Source: Eledone cirrhosa
Taxonomy: Eukaryota
NCBI GenBank assembly: GCA_964016885.1
Contig: OZ024741.1
Span: 102,858,001 to 102,922,000, forward strand
Reading direction: 5' to 3'
Length of the DNA: 64,000 nucleotides
The notes beneath the pieces were generated by a model, which worked only from the letters and a program-made list of their open reading frames with translations, had not been told where the DNA came from and searched no databases. Position 1 is the first letter of the stretch, and each line of letters begins with the position of its first letter. This document shows positions 23,532 to 34,200 of this stretch, in pieces. The position numbers and the translations under genes were made by a program.

Positions 23532-25177
23532 GTCTGATTCTGTGAGGTCGGGGAGGGGTACCAGCTCCACTCTTTCACTTGTTGTTGTTGGTGATGTTTG
23601 CACTGGAGTCTCTGTTGCAGCTGCATTTGGTATTGCTGTTGTTGTTGTTAATATTTCCACTGCTGCTGCTGTTTTTGATTTCCGTGGAGTGGGTATGGGT
23701 GCCACGGACCTATCGTTCCTGGTTGCCGCTTGTCCTGTTGCTGGTAGCCGTGGAGCCGGATTCGGAAGGAGGGGGGTTTTCTCCTTTCTCAGGGTCTTCT
23801 CGTTGCAGAAGGCCCTGAGGTGAGTCTTCGATCCACAGCGAAAGCATTTAGGGCATTTGCCCTCAACACTTATGGGCAGTTGAGTGCCGTTATCGAAGTC
23901 TATCACATCCGGGATAGCTTCGATGCACTCCTGGTTGGTTTGGATTAGCATCTCAATGGAGGAGCCGACCCAATCTTCTCTTACTTTTTTCTGTACTTGC
24001 AGTACAGTTGTTTTGTCCTCGATTCCGACGAGGACAGACGCGGCCAGCCAAGAAGGGGTCATTCCGGGGGGGACGTGGGTCAGTTTGACCCTCACAATTT
24101 TTTGCCCGCAGTAGGAGGGCACCAACACCATTTCCTCGCTCCTTAGGGTCACTACTGATTGGGCCTTTGCCTCCTGGGGTGTGGCAAAAAGTACGTCTAC
24201 GGTGGCATATTTTTGCCTCGGGTGATGTGCGTTTTCCGCTGCCACACAGACCCCAAGGCTTTTTGTATTTGGGCCTCTGTGGCTCTTTCCACCCTACGGG
24301 ATTTTGTACTTACTGTGCGGTACGTGACCGTACAGTGCTCTTGGGTTTCGAAATATTTTTCCGCTGCCTTGCAGATTGCTCGGTGTCCGTTCTTTGTCAC
24401 CATCTTCTTCGCTTCCTCTAATTCCTCATTTGTTATGAGGATTGTTTCCAAGTTTTTCGCAATACCTGCAAATGAGATTGGTTTTTCTCTGCTGTTGTTG
24501 TTGTCGTCAGAGCTGCTGGTACTTTTGTTGTTGCTGCAGGTACTACGACTACTGCCTCCGCCGCTGTTGCTGTGGTTGTTGTTGGTGTTGCTGCTGCTAA
24601 TGCTGCTGTTGTTTATGCTGCTGGTGATGCTGTTGCGGCTGCTACTGTTGTTTTCATTGTCACTGTTGCTGTTGTTATTACGGCTGCTACTGCTATTATT
24701 CCTGACGTCAGACGAATGAACTGGGTTTTCGTATTTCCTGCACACCTGTTTCGTCGCTGTCGTCGTCGTCGTGGAGAAACCTTGCACGCTTTGCACGAGA
24801 CTTTTCTTTTCTTTCGTCACTTGCGAAAGAGAAGGGAGGGAGCGAGACACATTTAAAGAAGGGAGGGAGAGAGACAATCTTCTCTCCGCTGTAGTGATGA
24901 TTGAGGAAGAAGAAGACGGAATGAGTGGGAGTGACGTATGAAATTTCTTTTTCGTAGCCATGTTGTTTTTTTGTTTAAAATGAAATTTTGGGTACAAAAC
25001 CCCAATAACTGGTTATTTAACCCCGAAGGGCCAAATAACGGACAGAAAGACCCCTCTCACGAGGAGGAGGGTGTCTTTATCAACAATTTGGTTCAAGTTT
25101 TAAATAATTTACAATTGTTTTAACGGTTAAAAATTACTATACCTTACAGAGCCGAGCCTCCGTCAACCATGGCATTC
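23532..25177 (-). mobile_element. Tx1-like element type a, copy a1 (5' UTR plus partial ORF1 only)
   Basis: Near-identical to 29588-31231; 3' part lost at the junction with A3. Confidence 0.92.
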
Positions 25178-25466
25178 AATAATAATAATAATAATAATAA
25201 TAATGATTTCTTTATTAACCACAAGGGTTTACATAAAGTAGACATTAAGGACAGTGCAGGACAATGCAGGACGGTACAAATGGGCATTTCTGCGTGTAAA
25301 AAAACAAAAACAGAGGATGTAACAAAAATAACAATGAAAATAACAATGAAAAATTGCCCAATAGGGGGGAGACTTCGGAGGGACATTTGTGGAGAAAGCC
25401 CAGTAAAAAGCCACAATGACCCTGACCACCAAGGCAAGTGCCCTCTCCCAGTTTTCCACCTTTAGT

Positions 25467-28400
25467 TTACAGATATATACTCAGAGTCGGCCCATTCACT
25501 CGGGCCATTCTTGCTTCTCTCACCCATCTTTCAACAAAATGCTGGGAAGAGAGCACTTCCTTCTCTACTCTGATTTTCCTTTTCAAATGAAATTTGAAAA
25601 AGTCAATCAGAGCATCACCGAAGAGGTAAGTGCTCGTCTTCAGCCCTTTCAAACGTGTCCACCATACTATCTCTTTCGCCATGGCCACCAGACAGATAAA
25701 AACTGCCTGCCCTTCCCGGCTAAAGGAGGAGGGCGGGGCAATCCTCACGATAGACTCAGATGATAGCTGGATCCGTCCTAAACGCGACAGCAGGTGTTCG
25801 ACATAAACCCACAAGTCAGCAATTTTCGGACACTGGACGAGTGCGTGCAGGACGGTTTCGTCGCCCTGCGCGCATCTCGGACATGCCCGGCTGACGGCAC
25901 CTCCATGCCTGTAGAGTTTATCCCGAACTGGCAAGGCTCCTCGGTAGCACTGCCAGGCCAGAGATTTCTGGAAGTTGTCCATAGGCCCTGGCCCGAAAGT
26001 TCTTCCGAAGAGATTGGCTAGTTGATTTTCGTCGACGCCTAGAGTTTCCCCAAGTACGTCGTCGCTCTTCCCCTCCACTAATCCTCTATAGAACGCCGAG
26101 GTGGAGTTTCCACCGATCACATTGCCCGATTGGTCGAGGGCTGTGAGCGCCTGAAGACATTCCAGTCTCCAGGCGCTCCCTCTCGGTCTTCGCTTGACCC
26201 AGGACTGCAGCTCCGTCAAGGAAACGAGCTGGGGAAAAACGCGTCTAGCAAACGGCGACCACACCTGATCACCGTCGAGGAAGAGGTGGAGATGTCGTAG
26301 CCTGAGCGCGTGCCTGCGCATCATCAGCCACGGCATGCCCAGCCCTCCACGCAGCGGGTGTTGACAACAGATGGACCGCCTGACCATCGGAGCACGTCCC
26401 TTCCACAAAAAGCGAAAGAGCAAACGCTCCAGCGCAGTCAGGCGAGGCTTAGGACAAGGTACGACGGTTAGGCGGTAGCAGATGACAGACGCGATGTACG
26501 CGTTAGCCACCTCCGCTCGACCTTTCAGGGATAGCTTCCTCTCCGCCCATTTCTGGGTGAGAGAAGCCACCCTGCTCGTCACCTCGTCCCAGTTTTTGTC
26601 CGTCTGGAGGTCCGGACCGAACCAGACCCCTAGCAATTTAACCGGTCCGTCCGTCCAGCGCCCGACGACGCTGTTGGACGGCATGGACCTGCCTCTCCAG
26701 GTGCCGAGCTGCAGGCCCACTGACTTTTCCTGGTTGATCATTGCTCCTGTCACCGCTTCGTATTCTCTTAGTGTAGTGCCGATCGCCTCGATGTGTTTGG
26801 CGTTCGACACCACTACAGTGACATCGTCCGCATATGCTGACACGGATCTTCCGCATCCTAGTTCGCGCGGGACTCCCCTCAACGTCTCCAGTTTGTGCAG
26901 TAATGGCTCGAGAGTCAATACGTACAAGAGGGACGAGAGGGGACATCCTTGGCGGACCGAGCGCATGATGTTGAACGGTTCCGACAGGTGACCGTTCACT
27001 CTCACCACAGAGCAGATGTCGCTGTGCATGGCAGCGATCCAGCCTCTGAAGACGGGCCCAAAGCCAGCCGCCCTCAGGACTGCCGCTAGGTAACGATGGT
27101 CGACCCTATCGAAAGCTTTCGACTGATCTAAATTGATCAAGGACCCACCCGTGCCAGGTTCCCTAGCTACCCTCTCTACGATGTATCGCATGAGGTGGAG
27201 GTTGTCGTGGATGGATCTGTCGGGAATGGCGCATGTCTGCGCCTCTCCCACCAGACCACCAACGACAAGCGCCAACCTCTTTGCTAGCACCTTGGCCAAA
27301 ATCTTAAACTCTGTGTTTAGCAGAGTTATGGGCCGGAAATTGTCTATGTTATCCCCCTTGTTCGGATCCTTTCTCAGCAGTGCCACCGCTCCTCGGCTCA
27401 CAGAACTGGGAATTCTCCCGTTCTGTTGCCAGTTGCAGTAGACGTCCGCCAAGAGGCCTCCGAACAAGTCTGGCATCTGTACGTAAAGTTCATAGGGCAG
27501 ACCATCCAAACCAGGCGATTTACCCCTTGTGCAGCCAGTCATTGCCTCCCGTACTTCAGCGGCTGTTATCGGCTTTTCGCAACACTTCGCCTCAGTGGCC
27601 GAGAGCCGCGGCAGTCCGTCGAGGTAGACACTAAAGTCCATCCCTCTACCCGGCCCCCCGCTGCCCCCGAACAGCTGAGCGAAGTGTCGCTGAAAAGCTT
27701 CACACATTTGCCCGGGATCGAGTAGCATGCGCCCGTCGTGGTCCACCAAAGACCGGATCGTGGCTTTGTTGCCACGACGCGCCTCCGCCACTCGGGCCCA
27801 TTGAACGGCTTTCGTCCCCTCGTGTCTGAGAGCACGCACCCTAGCTCTGACAACGCAGCCTTCGTGCTTTGCATTGAAGAATTGGTCAAGGGCCAATTTC
27901 GCCGCAAGCACGTCGGTCGCAATGCCTTTGCTAAGCGCCTCGTCTAATTTTCTAACTAGTTCTCCCTCTGCTCTATTTTTCTCTATTGCTAAAGCCTTAC
28001 TAAACCTAATCGATTCTATTCTAATCGCTCTTTTCAGAGCAAACCACCACTTGTTGTTGACGATGGCCCCCGTCAACGCCCGCTTAACTAGTTCGCTAAT
28101 CCGGTCTCTGTAGGCCTTGCGCGCTGGTAAGGACGCGTTTAGCTTCCAGTAGCCGGGTCCTCGTCTATGAAGCCTATCTAAGTCAAGCACACAGGTCACG
28201 AATTTGTGGTCCGTGTAGCTGACTATCTTGAATTGTGGACAGCCTATGCTAGACCTATCTATTTCCCTACAAAATACTCTATCTAGATATGATCTGGATG
28301 ACCCTATGCGGTTTGTCCAAGTCCACATTGGCACATTCGGGAAATCCAATCGGTACCTGTCAGACAGTTCAAAACGCCTGAGCAGGTTGGTGAGGCTCTT

Positions 28401-28886
28401 GCACCCTCCACCCCTATCCGCTAATCCCACACAGTCCCAGCGTGCATCTAAGATCCCGTTCCAGTCGCCCACTAACACTAAAGAGCGGGACGTTCCAAGA
28501 AAGGTCTCCAGACGCCGGAAGAAATCAGGCCGCCCTGCTCCTGTCGGGGCATAGACGGCCACTAGCCTGAAAGCTTGCCCGTCTCCGCTGGTCACGTCCA
28601 GCACCACCAGCTTACCCTCTGGGTCCAGGAAGATGGCCCGTATGGCGAGATCCAAACCTCTCCGAAAAAGCACAGCAACTCCTCCACCGGATCCAGGACG
28701 GCTGGGAGATGCGTACACATCGTAGCCGCCGAAGATCGGTGCGAAGGCCCGTGCTTCGGAGATTCTGGTCTCGCTGATGGCCACTACATCTATGTTTAGT
28801 GACCTGAGGTCGTTGAGCAGGTGACCCTGCTTCCATGACGACCCCAAGCCACGCGCATTTATGCTGCCTATTCTGAGTGAGGTCAT
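25467..28886 (-). CDS. ORF2 APE-RT-zinc knuckle protein (1139 aa, intact)
   Basis: APE motifs SINARGL, ISETR, VYAP, GDWN, SYLDRVF, YTDH; RT motifs KSPGLDGLP, FRPITLLNTEFKILAK, LDQSKAFDRV, VRQGCPLS, YADD; C-terminal CPRC...ETVLHALVQC. Confidence 0.95.
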   Translation of the reverse strand: MTSLRIGSINARGLGSSWKQGHLLNDLRSLNIDVVAISETRISEARAFAPIFGGYDVYASPSRPGSGGGVAVLFRRGLDLAIRAIFLDPEGKLVVLDVTSGDGQAFRLVAVYAPTGAGRPDFFRRLETFLGTSRSLVLVGDWNGILDARWDCVGLADRGGGCKSLTNLLRRFELSDRYRLDFPNVPMWTWTNRIGSSRSYLDRVFCREIDRSSIGCPQFKIVSYTDHKFVTCVLDLDRLHRRGPGYWKLNASLPARKAYRDRISELVKRALTGAIVNNKWWFALKRAIRIESIRFSKALAIEKNRAEGELVRKLDEALSKGIATDVLAAKLALDQFFNAKHEGCVVRARVRALRHEGTKAVQWARVAEARRGNKATIRSLVDHDGRMLLDPGQMCEAFQRHFAQLFGGSGGPGRGMDFSVYLDGLPRLSATEAKCCEKPITAAEVREAMTGCTRGKSPGLDGLPYELYVQMPDLFGGLLADVYCNWQQNGRIPSSVSRGAVALLRKDPNKGDNIDNFRPITLLNTEFKILAKVLAKRLALVVGGLVGEAQTCAIPDRSIHDNLHLMRYIVERVAREPGTGGSLINLDQSKAFDRVDHRYLAAVLRAAGFGPVFRGWIAAMHSDICSVVRVNGHLSEPFNIMRSVRQGCPLSSLLYVLTLEPLLHKLETLRGVPRELGCGRSVSAYADDVTVVVSNAKHIEAIGTTLREYEAVTGAMINQEKSVGLQLGTWRGRSMPSNSVVGRWTDGPVKLLGVWFGPDLQTDKNWDEVTSRVASLTQKWAERKLSLKGRAEVANAYIASVICYRLTVVPCPKPRLTALERLLFRFLWKGRAPMVRRSICCQHPLRGGLGMPWLMMRRHALRLRHLHLFLDGDQVWSPFARRVFPQLVSLTELQSWVKRRPRGSAWRLECLQALTALDQSGNVIGGNSTSAFYRGLVEGKSDDVLGETLGVDENQLANLFGRTFGPGPMDNFQKSLAWQCYRGALPVRDKLYRHGGAVSRACPRCAQGDETVLHALVQCPKIADLWVYVEHLLSRLGRIQLSSESIVRIAPPSSFSREGQAVFICLVAMAKEIVWWTRLKGLKTSTYLFGDALIDFFKFHLKRKIRVEKEVLSSQHFVERWVREARMARVNGPTLSIYL

Positions 28887-28921
28887 GTTTAAAATAGAGT
28901 GGAAAAGATGGGAAAGACCAC

Positions 28922-31018
28922 TTACCGTACTTTTGGTAGAGGAGGGATGGTTTTTACATCCCTTTTCACTTGATCGTCTGGTGAAGGGACCGTTGAATCG
29001 TCCCTTCGGCTGGTCGTCGGCTCTTCTAAGAGAATGTCTGAATATACTCTTCGATTAATGGTTCCTCCTAGGTCCCTGAAATCACCAACTGCGTTGGGGA
29101 ATTTCGTTTTAATGTTTGTGTATTGTTTCTGTGCTATTTTTAGCAGTCTTATGTTAGTTGGCGTTTTGATTGGTGCTGGTATTATGTAGTCCTGTTGTGA
29201 AATGTCTGTGTGTTCAATTATGTAAGTCATTAGTTTCTTGTTGTGTGTATTTATTGCCGTGCATTTGTTTTTCTGGGGGTGGGGTGTGGTTCTGCTATTT
29301 TCTTGTCGTTGTTGCTGGGTGTGTGTGTTTTGTTGTTGTGTTTGCGATGTTGGTGCTTGTGGTGGTGGTGTTGAAGGTGTTGTTGGCGGTGGGGTTGTTG
29401 CCGGTGGTGATGGTGGTGCTGGTGTGGGTGGTGATGGTGTTGGTGGTGTTGCTGCTGTGGGTCTCTTTGCAGTAGACTTTACCCTTTTCTCATTTCTTTC
29501 CTCCCTTTTCAAAGGCGACGATGCGCTGCTTCTGCGTTTGTGCCTTCTTGAGACCTTTTGCCATCCCTCTCCCACCTCACACTCCATGTCTGATTCTGTA
29601 AGGTCGGGGAGGGGTACCAGCTCCACTCTTTCACTTGTTGTTGTTGGTGATGTTTGCACTGGAGTCTCTGTTGCAGCTGCATTTGGTATTGCTGTTGTTG
29701 TTGTTAATATTTCCACTGCTGCTGCTGTCTTTGATTTCCGTGGAGTGGGTATGGGTGCCACGGACCTATCATTCCTGGTTGCCGCTTGTCCTGTTGCTGG
29801 TAGCCGTGGAACCGGATTCGGGAGGAGGGGGGTTTTCTCCTTTCTCATGGTCTTCTCGTTGCAGAAGGCCCTGAGGTGAGTCTTCGATCCACAGCGAAAG
29901 CATTTCGGGCGTTTGCCCTCAACACTTATGGGCAGTTGAGTGCCGTTATCGAAGTCTATCACATCCGGGATAGCTTCGATGCACTCCTGGTTGGTTTGGA
30001 TTAGCATCTCAATGGAGGAGCCGACCCAATCTTCTCTTACTTTTTTCTGTACTTGCAGTACAGTTGTTTTGTCCTCGATTCCGACGAGGACAGACGCGGC
30101 CAGCCAAGAAGGGGTCATTCCGGGAGGGACGTGGGTCAGTTTGACCCTCACAATTTTTTGCCCGCAGTAGGAGGGCACCAACACCATTTCCTCGCTCCTT
30201 AGGGTCACTACTGATTGGGCCTTTGCCTCCTGGGGTGTGGCAAAAAGTACGTCTACGGTGGCGTATTTTTTGCCTCGGGTGATGTGCGTTTTCCTCTGCC
30301 ACACAGACCCCAAGGCTTTTTGTATTTGGGCCTCTGTGGCTCTTTCCACCCTACGGGATTTTGTACTTACTGTACGGTACGTGACCGTACAGTGCTCTTG
30401 GGTTTCGAAAAAATTTTTCGCTGCCTTGCAGATTGCTCGGTGTCCGTTCTTTGTCACCATCTTCTTCGCTTCCTCTAATTCCTCATTTGTTATGAGGATT
30501 GTTTCCAGGTTTTTCGCAATACCTGCAAATGAGATTGGTTTTTCTCTGCTGTTGTTGTTGTCGTCAGAGCTGCTGGTACTTTTGTTGTTGCTGCAGGTAC
30601 TACGACTACTGCCTCCGCCGCTGTTGCTGTGGTTGTTGTTGGTGTTGCTGCTGCTAATGCTGTTGTTGTTTATGCTGCTGGTGATGCTGTTGCGGCTGCT
30701 ACTGTTGTTTTCATTGTCACTGTTGCTGTTGTTATTACGGCTGCTACTGCTATTATTCCTGACGTCAGACGAATGAACTGGGTTTTCGTATTTCCCGCAC
30801 ACCTGTTTCGTCGCTGTCGTCGTCGTCGTGGAGAAACCTTGCACGCTTTGCACGAGACTTTTCTTTTCTTTCGTCGCTTGCGAAAGAGAAGGGAGGGAGA
30901 GAGACACATTTAAAGAAGGGAGGGAGAGAGACAATCTTCTCTCTGCTGTAGTGATGATTGAGGAAGAAGAAGACGGAATGAGTGGGAGTGACGTATGAAA
31001 TTTCTTTTTGGTAGCCAT
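28922..31018 (-). CDS. ORF1 type a (gag-like nucleic-acid-binding protein, 698 aa from MATKKK)
   Basis: CX2CX4HX4C knuckle CFRCGSKTHLRAFC; Ser/Asn-rich and Pro/Thr-rich low-complexity regions; lies directly upstream of ORF2. Confidence 0.9.
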   Translation of the reverse strand: MATKKKFHTSLPLIPSSSSSIITTAERRLSLSLPSLNVSLSLPSLSQATKEKKSLVQSVQGFSTTTTTATKQVCGKYENPVHSSDVRNNSSSSRNNNSNSDNENNSSSRNSITSSINNNSISSSNTNNNHSNSGGGSSRSTCSNNKSTSSSDDNNNSREKPISFAGIAKNLETILITNEELEEAKKMVTKNGHRAICKAAKNFFETQEHCTVTYRTVSTKSRRVERATEAQIQKALGSVWQRKTHITRGKKYATVDVLFATPQEAKAQSVVTLRSEEMVLVPSYCGQKIVRVKLTHVPPGMTPSWLAASVLVGIEDKTTVLQVQKKVREDWVGSSIEMLIQTNQECIEAIPDVIDFDNGTQLPISVEGKRPKCFRCGSKTHLRAFCNEKTMRKEKTPLLPNPVPRLPATGQAATRNDRSVAPIPTPRKSKTAAAVEILTTTTAIPNAAATETPVQTSPTTTSERVELVPLPDLTESDMECEVGEGWQKVSRRHKRRSSASSPLKREERNEKRVKSTAKRPTAATPPTPSPPTPAPPSPPATTPPPTTPSTPPPQAPTSQTQQQNTHTQQQRQENSRTTPHPQKNKCTAINTHNKKLMTYIIEHTDISQQDYIIPAPIKTPTNIRLLKIAQKQYTNIKTKFPNAVGDFRDLGGTINRRVYSDILLEEPTTSRRDDSTVPSPDDQVKRDVKTIPPLPKVR

Positions 31019-31231
31019 GTTTTTTTGTTTAAAATGAAATTTTGGGTACAAAACCCCAATAACTGGTTATTTAACCCCGAAGGGCCAAATAACGGACAGA
31101 AAGACCCCTCTCACGAGGAGGAGGGTGTCTTTATCAACAATTTGGTTCAAGTTTTAAACAATTTACAATTGTTTTAACGGTTAAAAATTACTATACCTTA
31201 CAGAGCCGAGCCTCCGTCAACCATGGCATTC

Positions 31232-31261
<30 letters not shown>

Positions 31262-31262
<1 letters not shown>

Positions 31263-34200
31263 TTTTCTTTATTAACCACAAGGCTTCACATAAAGTAGAC
31301 ATTAAGGACAGTACAGGACAATACAGGACGGTACAAATGGGCATTTCTACGTGTAAAAAAAACAGGGGTTGAAATAAAATAACAAAGAAAAATTCCCCAA
31401 TAGGGGGGAGACTTCCAAGGGACATTTGTGGAGAAAGCCCATTAAAAGACCACAGTGGCCCTGACCATCAGGGCAAGTGCCCTCTCCCAGTTTTCCACCT
31501 TTAATTTACAGACACATACTCAGAGAAGGCCCATTCATTCGGGCCATACTTGCTTCTCTCACTCATCTTTCAACAAAATGCTGGGAAGAGAGCACTTCCC
31601 TCTCTACCCTGATTTTCCTTTTCAAATGAAATTTGAAAAAGTTAATCAGGGCATCACCGAAGAGGTAAGTGCTCGTCTTCAGCCCTTTCAAACGTGTCCA
31701 CCATACTATCTCTTTCGCCATGGCCACCAGACAGATAAAAACTGCCTGCCCTTCCAGGCTAAAGGAAGGGGGCGGGGCAATCCTCACGATGGACTCAGCT
31801 GATAGCTGGATCCGTCCTACACGTGACAGAAGGTGTTCGACATAAACCCACAAGTCAGCAATGCTCGGACACTGGACGAGTGCGTGCAGGACGGTTTCGT
31901 CGCCCTGCGCGCATCTCGGACATGCCCGGCTGACGGCACCTCCATGCCTGTAAAGTTTATCCCGAACTGGCAAAGCTCCTCGGTAGCACTGCCAGGCCAG
32001 GGATTTCTGGAAGTTGTCCATAGGCCCCGGCCCGAAAGTCCTTCCGAAGAGATTGGCTAGTTGATTTTCGTCGACGCCTAGAGTTTCTCCAAGTACGTCG
32101 CCGCTCTTCCCCTCCACTAATCCCCTATAGAATGCCAAGGTGGAGTTTCCACCGATCACATTGCCCGATTGGTCGAGGGCTGTGAGCGCCTGAAGACATT
32201 CCAGTCTCCAAGCGCTCCCTCTCGATCTTCGCTTGACCCAGGACTGCAGCTCCGTCAAGGAGACGAGCTGGGGAATAACGTGTCTTGCAAACGGCGACCA
32301 CACTTGATCACCGTCGAGGAAGAGGTGGAGATGTCGTAGCCTGAGCGCGTGTCTGCGCATCATCAGCCACGGCATGCACAGCCCTCCACGTGGCGGGTGT
32401 TGACAGCAGATGGACCGCCTGACCATCGGAGCGCGTCCCTTCCACAAGAAGCGAAAGAGCAAACGCTCCAGCGCAGTCAGGCGGGGCTTAGGACAAGGTA
32501 CGACGGTCAGGCGGTAGTAGATGACGGATGCGATGTACGCATTCGCCACCTCCGCTCGACCTTTCAGGGATAGCTTCCTCTCGGCCCATTTCTGGGTGAG
32601 AGAAGCCACCCTGCTCGTCACCTCGTCCCAGTTTTTGTCCGTCTGGAGGTCTGGACCGAACCAGACCCCTAGCAATTTAACCGGTCCGTCCGTCCAGCGC
32701 CCGACGACGCTGTTGGACGGCATGGACCTGCCTCTCCAGGTGCCGAGCTGCAGGCCCACTGACTTTTCCTGGTTGATCATTGCTCCTGTCACCGCTTCGT
32801 ATTCTCTTAGTGTAGTGCCGATCGCCTCGATGTGTTTGGCGTTCGACACCACTACGGTGACATCGTCGGCATATGCTGACACGGATCTTCCGCATCCTAG
32901 TTCGCGCGGGACCCCCTCAACGTCTCCAGTTTGTGCAGTAATGGCTCGAGAGTCAATACGTACAATAGGGACGAGAGGGGACATCCTTGGCGGACCGAGC
33001 GCATGATGTTGAACGGTTTCGAAAGGTGACCGTTCACTCTCACTACAGAGCAGATGTCGCTGTGCATGGCAGCGATCCAGCCTCTGAAGATGGGCCCAAA
33101 GCCAGCCGCCCTCAGGACTGCCGTTAGGTAACGATGGTCGACCCTATCGAAGGCTTTCGACTGATCTAAATTGATCAAAGACCCACCCGTGCCAGGTTCC
33201 CTAGCTACCCTCTCTACGATGTATCGCATGAGGTGGAGGTTGTCGTGGATGGATCTGTCGGGAATGGCGCATGTCTGTGCCTCTCCCACCAGACCACCAA
33301 CGACAAGCGCCAACCTCTTTGCTAGCACCTTGGCCAAAATCTTGAACTCTGTGTTTAGCAGAGTTATGGGCCTAAAATTATCTATGTTATCCCCCTTGTT
33401 CGGATCCTTTCTCAGCAGCGCCACCGCTCCTCGGCTCACAGAGCTGGGAATTCTCCCGTTCTGTTGCCAGTTGCAGTAGACGTCCGCCAAGAGGCCTCCG
33501 AACAAGTTTGGCATTTGTACGTAAAGTTCATAGGGCAGACCATCCAAACCAGGCGATTTACCCCTTGTGCAACTAGTCATTGCATCCCGTACTTCAGCGG
33601 TTGTTATCGGCTTTTCGCAACACTCCGCCTCAGTGGCCGAAAGCCGCGGCAGTCCGTCGAGGTAGACACTAAAGTCCATCCCTCGATCCGGCCCGCCACT
33701 GCCCCCGAACAGTTGAGCGAAGTGTCGCTGAAAAGCTTCACACATTTGCCCGGGATCGAGTTGCATACGCCCGTCGTGGTCCACCAAAGACCGGATCGTG
33801 GCTTTGTTGCCACGACGCGCCTCCGCCACTCGGGCCCATTGAACGGCTTTCGTCCCCTCGTGTCTGAGAGCACGCACCCTAGCTCTGACAACGCAGCCTT
33901 CGTGCTTTGCATTGAAGAATTGGTCAAGGGCCAATTTCGCCGCAAGTACGTCGGTCGCGATGCCTTTGCTAAACGCCTCATCTAATTTTCTAGCTAATTC
34001 TCCCTCTGCTCTATTTTTCTCTATTGCTAAAGTCTTACTAAACCTAATGGACTCTATTCTAATTGCTCTTTTCAGAGCAAACCACCACTTGTTGTTGACG
34101 ATGGCCCCCGTCAACGCCCGCTTAACTAGTTCGCTAATCCGGTCTCTGTAGGCCTTGCGCGCTGGTAAGGACGCGTTTAGCTTCCAGTAGCCGGGTCCTC

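Larger units (their letters stand above)
25205..31231 (-). mobile_element. Tx1-like (L1 group) element type a, full-length intact copy a2
   Basis: Two intact ORFs; 3' end reads AATAAA-GAAATC-(ATT)n on the element strand. Confidence 0.93.

Noticed and set aside
25380-25450. G-rich and T-rich Tx1 3' UTR as a separate ncRNA
   Set aside because: Explained as an ordinary LINE 3' UTR; I could not support a defined fold.
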